64,000 nt of DNA from Candidatus Freyarchaeum deiterrae (lineage in GTDB: Archaea; Asgardarchaeota; Jordiarchaeia; Jordiarchaeales; Jordiarchaeaceae). The notes under the pieces are model-generated. The model was not told the DNA's origin. It did no database searches and worked only from the letters and a program-made list of their open reading frames with translations. The position numbers were made by a program, and so were the translations under genes. Below are positions 19,733-29,974 of the stretch, piece by piece. Positions within the stretch are counted from its first letter, which is position 1, and each line of letters starts with the position of its first letter. The DNA lies in the NCBI GenBank assembly GCA_037305845.1, contig CP147778.1, positions 1,376,001-1,440,000 of the forward strand, written 5' to 3'.

Positions 19733-20183
19733 CTCCAGCTAAACCTGAATCGCCCCAGAAAGTAACTGTTCCACAAGTTATCCAAACCAGTTCATAACAG
19801 CAAAACAGATTATGATTTATTTCTAACAATTCAATCAAGCGAGGGGCGTAGCATCATATTCCAGCCATCCAAGTGTTAGCTACAATTTAAATGTTTTATC
19901 AAAAGTTTTTGTCACCACGAGTCAACAACCAAATTTAAAACACTTTTTTCTTAGTTGAAACTATATCGACAGTTTTGAACCACGATATGTTAATTTTAGC
20001 AAAATAGAATTGGTGTGTAAAATATATAAATTAAAGATTTTATTTTGGATTATCAAAAGATAGTGAGAGGAGTCCTTATACCAAACATTTATACATTGAT
20101 GTGCTGCTTATTAGGAAAAGACTCTTATTCACTCGTGTCCTTTTGTCGTTTTTAAATGATTCTGTTAAATCATAATTTGAGTT

Positions 20184-20564
20184 GTGGTAAAGATGGAAGT
20201 TTACTTCTTTAAAACTGGAAATAAATGGGCTTTCAAATATTATTTTGATGACAAGAGCATATTCCGGGAACTAGCCAATTACTACAATAGAAGCAATTAC
20301 TGTTTCGAAATGAGCTCAACCCAAGATCGAGACAAGGTGAAAGCAATCCTAGAATCCAAGGGTTTTGACGTAGAAATCGTGGAGGATACCCATGATTTTC
20401 TGGTTAGGATACCAAAGAATCAAAAGTACGCTTCGATTCTCAAGAACTCGGTGTCGAACTGGGTGGAAAACGAATGGAGAATATTCCTCATGAAAGATAA
20501 AATTTCAGCAGAACTAGCAGAGATGGAAGAAGGAGCGGAAAAGGTTCCCAGCAAAACAACTTGA
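20184..20564 (+). CDS. Conserved hypothetical archaeal protein
   Basis: Clean ORF; no motif I can assign confidently. Confidence 0.6.
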   Translation: MVKMEVYFFKTGNKWAFKYYFDDKSIFRELANYYNRSNYCFEMSSTQDRDKVKAILESKGFDVEIVEDTHDFLVRIPKNQKYASILKNSVSNWVENEWRIFLMKDKISAELAEMEEGAEKVPSKTT

Positions 20565-20654
20565 GCAATTTACTTATTTTTTTCCGAACTGTGAAAAAGA
20601 AAATCAAAAGAGGATTCTCGAAAAAAGAGTATAAAAATAGTTTAAGAATAAGCG

Positions 20655-21881
20655 TTACTTTTGCATTTCCGCTTTACCCCTAGGAGGGTTTGGAACCGGT
20701 ACAGGTATTTCCGATTTTCCCATTTCGGCTTTTATGCTATATTCTCTGTAAACTTCTCTTTGAATCAGGAACCTCATTATCTCGGAGGTACCGCCTCCAA
20801 TCATTCCTATTCGGACATCCCTCAAGTACCGCTCAACAGGGTATTCCGTGGTGTAACCGACTCCACCCAGTACTTGCAAGGCTTGGTTACAGATATCAAA
20901 CGCGTTATCAACTGCAAAAACCTTAGCCATAGCGGACTCCTTGCTCGCCCTATCACCATTATCAATCATTCTTGCTGCACGTAACGTTAAAAGCTCCGCA
21001 GCATCGAGCAGGGTAGCCATATCCGCAACCTTAAAGTTTATTCCCTCAAATGAGTTAATCGGTCTATTGAACTGCACACGCTCAGAGGAATATTTTACCG
21101 CCGTCTGAAAGGCTGCACGAGCAATTCCAATCATTTCCCCAGCAATAGAAATTCGCTCAGTATTCAACTCATCCATAAGTATATTGTAGCCCATACCATC
21201 CCGATCAAGAATATTCTCAGCAGGAATCCGGCAATCCTCAAACCTCAAATGCGCAATACGCATCCCATGCATACCCATAAGACCATAAATCTTCTCAACC
21301 CTAAAACCATCCGTATCCGTAGGGAAAATGAAAGCACTCATACCACGCTTCTGCGCTACCTCAGGATTAACCGCAAAAAGAGTAATAATATTAGCATCGG
21401 CTCCATTTGTTATAAAACGCTTTTCACCGTTAATGACATACTCGCCTCCATTTCTGACCGCAGTAGTTCGCATGGCTGCAGTGTCTGACCCCACGTTTGG
21501 CTCAGTTATGCCTATGGCTCCGATTATTTCCCCCTTTATTAGAGGAATCAAGTACTTTTTCTTCTGTTCATCGTTTCCGAATCTGGATATGGGAATTGCA
21601 CATAGTGTGGCTGATGCGGTACGCGACATATCTGTGGGAGCACTTACCCCAGCTATCTCCTCCGCAACAATCAACTCGTGGACCACGCCCTTATCTGTTC
21701 CGCCAAACTCCACGGGATGCAAATGCTTCATAAATCCCGCTTCACCAATTTTCCTTAGGAGCGGGGCCGGATACATTCCGTTCTCAACTTCCTCAGCGTG
21801 GGGAGCAATCACTTTATCCGCGAATGCTTTAACTCTCGCTCTGAAATGCCTTTCTTCTTTATTGAAAAAGAGAAACTTCAT
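20655..21881 (-). CDS. Acyl-CoA dehydrogenase
   Basis: ITEPNVGSD, INGEKRFITNG, RVQFNRPI, QVLGGVGY and GGTSEIMR motifs. Confidence 0.92.
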   Translation of the reverse strand: MKFLFFNKEERHFRARVKAFADKVIAPHAEEVENGMYPAPLLRKIGEAGFMKHLHPVEFGGTDKGVVHELIVAEEIAGVSAPTDMSRTASATLCAIPISRFGNDEQKKKYLIPLIKGEIIGAIGITEPNVGSDTAAMRTTAVRNGGEYVINGEKRFITNGADANIITLFAVNPEVAQKRGMSAFIFPTDTDGFRVEKIYGLMGMHGMRIAHLRFEDCRIPAENILDRDGMGYNILMDELNTERISIAGEMIGIARAAFQTAVKYSSERVQFNRPINSFEGINFKVADMATLLDAAELLTLRAARMIDNGDRASKESAMAKVFAVDNAFDICNQALQVLGGVGYTTEYPVERYLRDVRIGMIGGGTSEIMRFLIQREVYREYSIKAEMGKSEIPVPVPNPPRGKAEMQK

Positions 21882-22245
21882 AACATTTCAAACCTCGACA
21901 AACTCTAAGATGAACAGCACAAGTCTATATAGGTATGCAAAAATAATTAACCATATCGCATCTCTACACTTAAGCAATTATCATAGTTCAGAACAAAAAT
22001 AAGAGAGAGAACCAACCCCGAAAATTGGGAAGAATTTTTTTCTTCAAAAGAGTGAAAAAGCTTCAAGTTATTGCTGGGAGATTCGCATCCAACCCGTTAC
22101 GCATCCCCAAAAACAATGCGGATTATACTAGAACTAGGACAATGGCCAGAAAGCTAAAAAACACAAGAGCGAACAATACTAAGTTTCCAAGAGATTAAAT
22201 ATATTATTCAACTTGCTTATGGATTCATCCTATTTTTTGGTTGAA

Positions 22246-22995
22246 TTATTCATCTGATTTATATTTTTTATATATTTGGCGTATGTATTTATGATCAATT
22301 ACTTCAAATTGTGGATTCTTTATACTGACAGAAGCGGCTTTTTTGATACCTTCAATTACAGAGAATGCTGTTTCATGTGGGTTAAGATAGAAGATTGAGG
22401 CATTGTCATTAGAAAAAAGAGATGAACATTGACGATACAGAATATCGCCTTCACCCCTTTGTTTCATAATTGGCTCTGCTTTTACAACAATATAAGTAGC
22501 TTGAGATAACATATAGATAACCTTATCTGCTATTTCATCACCAGAGTGTAAACTTGGTTTTGTTTTCGTGACTTTTGAAAGTATCCTAATCCAACAATCA
22601 GCTTTTTTGTTGTTCATACAGTCATAACACTCTTCTAATGAAACACTTGATTTACATTTTTCTTTTATTGTTAGTACTTCTTCCTCAACTTCAATCGCTT
22701 CATCCTGTTCATTAATGAAAGGAAATAATTCAAATAATTTAGAAAAAATGTCTGTTAAAACAAGCTTCGCTTGACGTTTACCGTTCTTCCCCTCATATGT
22801 AAATTCAATATCAATTTTATTGTTTGTAATACGATGAAAGGAAACTAAAGCAGACCCAAATACGTTAAAATTTTCTTCTTCTAAAGTATATAATTTACTA
22901 ACACATATTCGTAAATCCAAATATTTAATTTCCCATTCTTTCCCTGTTCTCTTATTATATGAGAGGGAAGTGAAGGGGGAGGTGGGATACGTCAC
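22246..22995 (-). CDS. Putative PD-(D/E)xK nuclease-fold protein
   Basis: 'HSGDEIADKVI...YIVVKA...LYRQ' preceded by CxxC-x7-C. Confidence 0.4.
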   Translation of the reverse strand: MTYPTSPFTSLSYNKRTGKEWEIKYLDLRICVSKLYTLEEENFNVFGSALVSFHRITNNKIDIEFTYEGKNGKRQAKLVLTDIFSKLFELFPFINEQDEAIEVEEEVLTIKEKCKSSVSLEECYDCMNNKKADCWIRILSKVTKTKPSLHSGDEIADKVIYMLSQATYIVVKAEPIMKQRGEGDILYRQCSSLFSNDNASIFYLNPHETAFSVIEGIKKAASVSIKNPQFEVIDHKYIRQIYKKYKSDE

Positions 22996-23546
22996 TCTTC
23001 GATCACTTCGAAAAATTTAATCCTGCCTTTAGGTAATATTTGAACCCCCACTTCTTTGTCTTTGAATTTGAATATATGTAAAGAATCAGGGTTTAACGCA
23101 TCTAAATTAATTTCTATTTTTATTTTATCTTCAACTCCGCTCACATCCTCTTCAACTTTGATTGCTTTAAATTTTTCAGGTTTTTCTGGAGGAAGCGATA
23201 TTTCATCTTTACACAGTTGTAAAAGGTTTAAGGAGACTCGTGCTTGGTAACGCTTCAAGGATACTTTAAATAGAGACTTTGTGTTACTGTATAAGCTCAG
23301 AATCGACTCGTTTTGGCACGTTAAAAAAAGGCGCTTCGCCTGCAATGTACTTTCCTCTGAGTACCATTTTGTCATATCTTTATAGAGACTACTATACACT
23401 GAACATTCTTTTTCTTCTTTTATTCTGTCCATCATTAGAGCCCCATATCGGTTTTCTACAAATGAGCAGTACTTTTCCTTCTCAGGGTACGTCTCTTGTT
23501 TCGAAAGTAGATACTGCCTCTTTGAACTTAACTTGAGATTTTTCAT
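22992..23546 (-). CDS. Hypothetical protein
   Basis: ATGA overlap with the downstream gene; RBS-like ggtgg upstream. Confidence 0.55.
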   Translation of the reverse strand: MKNLKLSSKRQYLLSKQETYPEKEKYCSFVENRYGALMMDRIKEEKECSVYSSLYKDMTKWYSEESTLQAKRLFLTCQNESILSLYSNTKSLFKVSLKRYQARVSLNLLQLCKDEISLPPEKPEKFKAIKVEEDVSGVEDKIKIEINLDALNPDSLHIFKFKDKEVGVQILPKGRIKFFEVIEE

Positions 23547-23568
23547 CTTTTGCCACCTATTTTATCAA

Positions 23569-24192
23569 TTAAGCCCAACCTTTTACTTTTATATGCAGAT
23601 TTCTTACCAATTCTTTAATAGTTTCTTCTAATGATTTAATAGTTTTTTTCTCTCTCACCTCATTTAATAAAGTTTGAAGTAATTCTGAACAGATTTCGTT
23701 TATTTCTTCAAGTATTTTATCCGCAGCTTTACTTATACAGCCAAAAATTAGCTTCCCGTATTCTTCCCCCCTAAATACCTCTTCCAACACGTTTATGACG
23801 GTCATATTTGCTTTTATAGCGCTGAAGTTTAGTATGTAATCAGGACCAAAGCAATCGTCAAATGATAAAGTTCCAAACTCCCGAGAAATCATGTTTTTAA
23901 TCTCTTGCGGTATAGATGTTTTATTTAACTCTTCCTTACTTAAAATATCGATTTTTCTATCAAAGTATTCATCGAACAGTTTTCCAACATATTGAATTAA
24001 TAGTATAGAGTTTAGCAAATCAAGACATCGAAAATTGTTCATAATCGACGTTAGATTACTTCCTAGAACAAATACGGTAAATCGTGGATGCGACCCTTCT
24101 GAAGGGACACTGAGTTCCTCTAAGACGTTTTTAATACGCTCAATCAAAATCTCTGTCGCATCATTCAATCTCTTTCCTCCTTCAAATATCAC
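23569..24192 (-). CDS. Hypothetical protein
   Basis: ORF co-directional with two downstream genes. Confidence 0.5.
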   Translation of the reverse strand: MIFEGGKRLNDATEILIERIKNVLEELSVPSEGSHPRFTVFVLGSNLTSIMNNFRCLDLLNSILLIQYVGKLFDEYFDRKIDILSKEELNKTSIPQEIKNMISREFGTLSFDDCFGPDYILNFSAIKANMTVINVLEEVFRGEEYGKLIFGCISKAADKILEEINEICSELLQTLLNEVREKKTIKSLEETIKELVRNLHIKVKGWA

Positions 24193-24798
24193 TTCTCTAT
24201 GTATTCAATTAGTAATAGAGAGTAAATAATTTTTCGTTAAGTGCATTAAAAAGTTTTTTGGTATTTCAACCATCTTCCAATTATTCAATTGTAATCCTTC
24301 AAACTTACAGCCATGTTCATAACCACAATTATGAAGCCCCTTTTAATCAAGAAATATATCCACTCTCTTCAGTTTAATCTTCTACTAAGTAATATATATA
24401 CTCCCCCCGTTTTTCAAAAAATTATCATAGTGAGGTTTCACCCGATTCGAATAAAAGCATATCTAAAAGTTGCTATAAAAAAGTCCAGAAACAAAAATTG
24501 CATGCAATTCTTAAATACAATCCAAATAGATAACCAAACTAACACACTTAACCCTCAAAGGTGACAACAGGTGGACTGGAACCAATTAGAAAAGAAATAG
24601 CAGGAAAACAAGACGAAATAGTAATTTAAAATGTAACAAAAATTTTTTAATTAAAGCGATGGTATCCTCAAGGCAAAAGAGAACAACATTTGAGTATCGT
24701 AAGGATTTTTACTATAATCTTTCAGACGACTAATTATGCTTAGCGATATTTTTACTACTATCAGCAGTTAAAACCAAAGAAAAAAATAACAAGTTTAA

Positions 24799-26841
24799 CT
24801 AATCCTCATATGTTTTTTCGGAGGTACGTTCAGGAGATTTAAACATTTTATTTACCATATATTCGAGTTGAGGATTATATTCCCATTCTTTTTCCAATAA
24901 TAAATAGCTGTACGACCGACCTTTAGAATTCGATGGTTCACTAGCTACTCCTAACCAAAGTTTACATTTACAAAGATATTGTGCTGCCATGCTTATTTCT
25001 ATCAATTCGTTGATGCGTTCTTCATGCTTTTTTGGAGTGAACAGTAAGGTAATACCGAAGCTAGTACTATCTGGTTTTATTGAGATATGGTGAAATTTTC
25101 TATCTAACGCAGCTTGCATTGATTTTTCTAGAGCCTTTCTACCTACTACTCTTCTTTCCGTTCTAGAAAGTTTACTTAAATTAGTTATAACCTCAAATGC
25201 AATCAAATCATTGGATTCGTGGGCTCTTCCTATTATATCATCGAAGAATACACAATATTTGTCTCTCTCAATTTTCTTTCTTAATAATGGAGCTCTTTCT
25301 CTATTGAATTCCTCCCAAGACAAAAATATAGAAATAGTATTCGGTGCTTTCTTATCTTTTGGTGCTGCTATTTGAAAATCATATTCGTTTAATAAGTAAT
25401 AACCAAGTAAATCTAACTCATCAAGAATAGTTACAATTCCTTTTGAATTTAGTTCAATTCTCTTCTCTAAGTATTCTATAAACTCTAAGGGCGTAGAAAG
25501 TTCATGTGTTATTATATCAAGGTCATAAAGATTTACTAGAAATGGATATCCTTCTTTTTTAAAATCTATAAAAGATTCTAGGTCTTTCAAGAATAAAATA
25601 GGAAATCTGTCTTCGAGAGTAATTATAAAATAAATTTTATGAATGTTAGAAATTTTAATTGGAACATCGTTCCACTTATTGTTAGTTAATTTCGACAATT
25701 TACCAGCTAATAAATTTCCCTTTGCATTTACGCACTGTTTATAGGCTTCTATAATGGAATTCTGCAAATCTTGTTTTATTGCTTCAACATCTCCTTTTTG
25801 TGCTTCAATAGTCAAAAGTTTACTCTTGTTTTGAACTATTAGTAAGATATCATCAAAAAGTATGATTAAATCAGCAATTTCGTGTTCACCTCTTTTATAT
25901 TGGAATTTTGGATTTGGAAAAAGAAAGTCTGACGGAAATGCTTGAACAAAAAATCGGAAGCATCGTTCTTCAGACACTTTACCCTTCTTTTTTTCAAATT
26001 CCGGCAGATAGTCAGGATCTTTTTCAATGATATCATAATAGAAAGTTTCCGAAATAGCTTGGCAAAAAGTAGGAAAAAGAGGAACTAAGAAAGAATCATT
26101 GATATTGATAATCGGAGTTTTATAAAGATGATTAAAGTCTATATGATTTTTGATCTTTGGAAAGCTACCTAGTTTTTTACCGAGTCTCAAGAGAATGTGA
26201 TTTAGTGTACGTTCGGGAATACCCAAAGACGCAGATAACGCGTTCTTGGAAAAGTTAACAGCATCTTTTGCTACATTTATAAGATTTGTATTTGGGACTT
26301 TAACAAAGGGGGGCTCTTTTAGAGCTTTTGCTATATATTTATTTTCCGATCTATCAGAAATCAAATCAATTGTTTCGTATAATTTCTTTTCAAAAAAATT
26401 TGCCAATTTTATACAATCTTTGATTGTGAAACCTAATTTAGTTTTGAACCAATTATTGTGTGGTTGGAATCTTTCATATGCGGCATCCAACATTAGATAC
26501 GGATATGTTTTCAATCTAACAGCTGCTCTTGTTAGATAAAAGTCTCTTTGTATTTCACTTATGGGTCCTTTAAAATCTATCATAGTGTCAGATGATTGTT
26601 TTAGTTTGATTTGTTGAGAAAGGACTATCAATTCTTCAAAGTTTTCAGGAGTACATTTTTTATTGTTCTCGATTTTGCTTGTCGAACATGCGTTAGCGAT
26701 TATGAATTCTAGGTCTGCATACACTACTTCTATATTTCCACGAATAAAAAGGGTAGCCACAGCAAAATAGATTACACTAAGTGGATCTAATTGGGTAATT
26801 AGAGATTCAAATTGCTTGTATAAAGCATCTTCTTTTTCCAT
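24799..26841 (-). CDS. NERD/PD-(D/E)xK-like nuclease-domain protein
   Basis: 'KGKVSE...EIADLIILFDDILLIVQNKS...DLQNSIIEAYKQC' and 'FIEYLEKR...DELDLLGYYL' resemble NERD-containing accessory proteins. Confidence 0.6.
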   Translation of the reverse strand: MEKEDALYKQFESLITQLDPLSVIYFAVATLFIRGNIEVVYADLEFIIANACSTSKIENNKKCTPENFEELIVLSQQIKLKQSSDTMIDFKGPISEIQRDFYLTRAAVRLKTYPYLMLDAAYERFQPHNNWFKTKLGFTIKDCIKLANFFEKKLYETIDLISDRSENKYIAKALKEPPFVKVPNTNLINVAKDAVNFSKNALSASLGIPERTLNHILLRLGKKLGSFPKIKNHIDFNHLYKTPIININDSFLVPLFPTFCQAISETFYYDIIEKDPDYLPEFEKKKGKVSEERCFRFFVQAFPSDFLFPNPKFQYKRGEHEIADLIILFDDILLIVQNKSKLLTIEAQKGDVEAIKQDLQNSIIEAYKQCVNAKGNLLAGKLSKLTNNKWNDVPIKISNIHKIYFIITLEDRFPILFLKDLESFIDFKKEGYPFLVNLYDLDIITHELSTPLEFIEYLEKRIELNSKGIVTILDELDLLGYYLLNEYDFQIAAPKDKKAPNTISIFLSWEEFNRERAPLLRKKIERDKYCVFFDDIIGRAHESNDLIAFEVITNLSKLSRTERRVVGRKALEKSMQAALDRKFHHISIKPDSTSFGITLLFTPKKHEERINELIEISMAAQYLCKCKLWLGVASEPSNSKGRSYSYLLLEKEWEYNPQLEYMVNKMFKSPERTSEKTYED

Positions 26842-26874
26842 TTATTTGCCCTTCATAAAATAGTAATAAAGATA

Positions 26875-27693
26875 TTATACCAATATGTTTGACTGCTCCC
26901 ATCTTTTATCGAAATTTTCAATCAGAGCTTCAACTATATTTTCACACGTATTTTTATTCAAGATTATGGCGAAAGATTCCTTTGCCCCCAAATTTTGAAT
27001 GCTATATCCTAAAATAACTAAACACTCAGATGAAATTATATACCTGTCATGAATATCTCCAAGCGTATAGCTTCTAAACTCTATGTTAGGACGTTCTGAT
27101 TTAAAGTCTTTAAGATGACGTAAAAAGCTACTTTTCTTATTTCTAAGTTTCTCAATATTAGTTAGAAACCTAACAACTTCATTTTTAACATTCTCTAAAA
27201 TATCTAAGGTTCTTACACCACAGTAAGGATCAACAATTCTTAATTCACCATTAAGACTACCCAAAATGTTCTTTGACAAAATTCTCTTACTCGTATATCG
27301 TTTACCCGGTTCAAAATAAAGTATATCTATAGAACCCTCTTTTGCCTGAGAAAGTAAATGGTCTTTTCCAGGTTTCATAATCTCAAAATAAACCTTCCCA
27401 CCCTCTTGATAAGCATGAATTTTATCTCCCGCTCTATTAAAGGATAGAGTGATGGACTTTGCATTAATATTAATCTCTTCGATATCTATAATAATTGAAG
27501 CTATTTGCTCAGCAGTCAGACTTCTTATTCCCAACTCTTCCTTTGCAACCCATAAAATCCAAAGACCCATTTCGAGAGGCTTCTCATAACTATAGAAATC
27601 AGGATAGCCAGAAGCATCTATTTCCGCAAACCTTTTTGAAATTTCTACTTCCTCAAGATTCTTTCCTTCTTCATTCATAATATCGGCTCTCAT
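26875..27693 (-). CDS. wHTH + PLD-like (DPY...HDR) domain protein
   Basis: C-terminal 'IVDPY...IHDRYII...LGYSIQNLG...FDKRWE'; N-terminal winged-helix-like segment. Confidence 0.6.
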   Translation of the reverse strand: MRADIMNEEGKNLEEVEISKRFAEIDASGYPDFYSYEKPLEMGLWILWVAKEELGIRSLTAEQIASIIIDIEEININAKSITLSFNRAGDKIHAYQEGGKVYFEIMKPGKDHLLSQAKEGSIDILYFEPGKRYTSKRILSKNILGSLNGELRIVDPYCGVRTLDILENVKNEVVRFLTNIEKLRNKKSSFLRHLKDFKSERPNIEFRSYTLGDIHDRYIISSECLVILGYSIQNLGAKESFAIILNKNTCENIVEALIENFDKRWEQSNILV

Positions 27694-28208
27694 TTTGCTT
27701 CAGCAAGCTCTTTTATAGTTTTTAACCCTTCCTTGATACCAGGCAAGTTTATTTTATAACTAAAGTTGGTACTGCTTGGTATTCCCACAGGAATTATAAA
27801 CTGTTTATACTCTTCAAAGGTTTGATTCAAATTTCCCAAGGAACCTATACCTAGCCATTTTAATTTTTTACGCAAGTCCCGGGATTTTATTTCATCCTTT
27901 CCGTAGCAATAGTGATAGGCTGTAAGAATACATACAGTAGCTTTAAACTGTTTTTCAGCCTCAGATTCGCCACATACAGAAATTTTCAAGTTCAAATCAT
28001 TTTTATCGAAAACAAAAACGTTTCTTACTTGTTCTTCTTTAATCTCTGCCTCTTTGGAAAATTTTAATATAACATCTTCAATATCAACACCAGTATCTTT
28101 TAGCGGCATTTCTTTTTCTTGTTCGAAAGGTTCTTCTAATTTTTTAATTCTCTTCTCATGGTCTTCCAATTTTTTCTTTATTTCATTGATTTCTTCATCT
28201 GATACCAT
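27690..28208 (-). CDS. Winged-helix-like hypothetical protein with N-terminal coiled coil
   Basis: 'NLNQTF...SYKINLPGIKEG' resembles a wing motif. Confidence 0.5.
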   Translation of the reverse strand: MVSDEEINEIKKKLEDHEKRIKKLEEPFEQEKEMPLKDTGVDIEDVILKFSKEAEIKEEQVRNVFVFDKNDLNLKISVCGESEAEKQFKATVCILTAYHYCYGKDEIKSRDLRKKLKWLGIGSLGNLNQTFEEYKQFIIPVGIPSSTNFSYKINLPGIKEGLKTIKELAEAK

Positions 28209-28210
28209 TT

Positions 28211-28663
28211 TTACTCACCCTCTGCACTTTTTTCTATTTTTCTTTCTTCAATGAATTTTATCCCCTTAGTTAGAATCCTCCACGCTTTCAAGTCAGCTTT
28301 AGTTCTACTCTCAATGAAATAATCTTGTTCACAGGCCTTTGCTATTATATCATTCAAATTCGTTGGTAAAGGACGTCTAATCGCATTGTACAAATTCTTA
28401 ATATCGTTTAAATTAAATGTATTAATCCCCTCGAACTTGTAGAGATAATAGGCCATACCAATTACGCATTCAGTATGAGACTCCAAATCTTTCTCTTTTA
28501 TAAACTGAAGTATAGCAGGCTTCTCAGCGGATAAAGGCTCCCTGTAAAGACCAGAGATAAGATCTATTATATCAAGTAAAACATCCCTAATCGGTTCATC
28601 AAGTTCTGCAGCTCTAGCTTTAATATTTTCAATCCGATTTTCAACATTGCTCATTACAAGCAC
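28211..28663 (-). CDS. Winged-helix-like hypothetical protein
   Basis: 'FNLNDIKNLY...PTNLNDII...WRILTKGIKFIE'. Confidence 0.55.
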   Translation of the reverse strand: MLVMSNVENRIENIKARAAELDEPIRDVLLDIIDLISGLYREPLSAEKPAILQFIKEKDLESHTECVIGMAYYLYKFEGINTFNLNDIKNLYNAIRRPLPTNLNDIIAKACEQDYFIESRTKADLKAWRILTKGIKFIEERKIEKSAEGE

Positions 28664-29037
28664 CTCCCTCGATTTTCTTTAAAATTTCGTACAAAAATTT
28701 TTAAAAAGTAGTCATAACAACTCGGTTATTTCCAAGCTCCATCTTTTATATAACCTAAGTTAACAAGACCACTAAACATACCGCATGTAACTTTCTCATC
28801 TACTTTGCAAAGTTGAGATATCCTAAGAAATAATTAGGTCTAACAGCTATTAAAATTTATTATTTACTTATCAATATAACAAAGTTATAATTTTTATGCA
28901 ACTAATTTTAATGTGTAGTATAATAGCAATATCTTATAAATTTAAATAATTATATAGAAAAGCTTAATTTCTATTATACACATAACAAATAAAATATTTA
29001 TGAGCAATCAAGTTAAAAAATATGTATTGGTGTTACT

Positions 29038-29802
29038 TTGGAGAATGAAATTCGTATGATGTTGGAGAGCGGCTTCCTTTCAAATATACGCGGTTTGTTT
29101 TATGAGTATCACAATCGCTATTTGGTTGACGATACATTATCCGATGTAAATGTGTTTCTTTTAGTTATAGCTATGGTCGAATCAATGAATAACACTGCAG
29201 GCGCAGAACGTAGTCGATGTATGGAGTTATTTGAGTTTTTAGGAAGGAGAGGAGAAAATTTTAGAACAGTGGTTTCTAGAGCCAAAGAGCGGAAGCTGAT
29301 AACTGAAACAAATGAAAATTTGTCTTTTCTTGTCGCTGGTTTAAAAGAACTAAATAAGATTTTAAGTGGAGTTCAGAAATCCTCAGTATATTTGGTGAAG
29401 TCTGATGAGTTCTTTAGCGGCATAATTTTATTTGAACAGTTTCTTCAGAAAGAGATAAAGAGCGAGGAAGTTTTACTCTGCGACCCTTACATTTCTTATT
29501 CTACGTTGCAACCTTTTTCAGTTTTAAGTGGACAAACATTCTCAATGAAAATTTTAACATCGAATATAGAGGAAAGTGACAAATTTGAAGAATACAAAAA
29601 GAAATTTGACAGGCAATATAAAATCTCTGTGGAAGTTAAAACTAGCTTTAAGATCCACGATAGATACTTGATCTATGAAAACAAATGCTGGTCTATTGGA
29701 ACAAGCATAAATAGTCTAGGAAATAAGGACATAATAATCAAAGATATAAGTGAAATTACAGATTCCTTAAAAGCCTTGTTTAATGAAAGGTGGAACGAAT
29801 AG
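29038..29802 (+). CDS. wHTH + PLD-like (DPY...HDR) domain protein, paralog of 26875..27693
   Basis: 'LCDPY...IHDRYLI...IGTSINSLG...FNERWNE'. Confidence 0.6.
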   Translation: MENEIRMMLESGFLSNIRGLFYEYHNRYLVDDTLSDVNVFLLVIAMVESMNNTAGAERSRCMELFEFLGRRGENFRTVVSRAKERKLITETNENLSFLVAGLKELNKILSGVQKSSVYLVKSDEFFSGIILFEQFLQKEIKSEEVLLCDPYISYSTLQPFSVLSGQTFSMKILTSNIEESDKFEEYKKKFDRQYKISVEVKTSFKIHDRYLIYENKCWSIGTSINSLGNKDIIIKDISEITDSLKALFNERWNE

Positions 29803-29974
29803 ATAACGTCAATCAAAACTAGACCTCCAATGTGAATGCGAGGTATATGACTAATGACCAAATAAATCGAAAATTTATTGCGTAACTAAATAGGAATTAC
29901 TACAATTTTAATTCTTTAATGAGCCTCGTATAAATTCATAAAAAGTCATATGCTGCAAGTGGGAGTGGTTAACC

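Noticed and set aside
19740-19880. GC-richer leader upstream of 19214..19732 as a possible riboswitch
   Set aside because: I could not match it to a known riboswitch consensus or find a convincing structure by eye.
21328-22002. 224-aa ORF opposite acyl-CoA dehydrogenase, and similar antisense ORFs opposite meaB, rpo2 and the coiled-coil gene
   Set aside because: Antisense shadows of well-supported genes.
24313-24564. 83-aa plus-strand ORF in the island
   Set aside because: AT-rich intergenic sequence with no motif or RBS; probably spurious.
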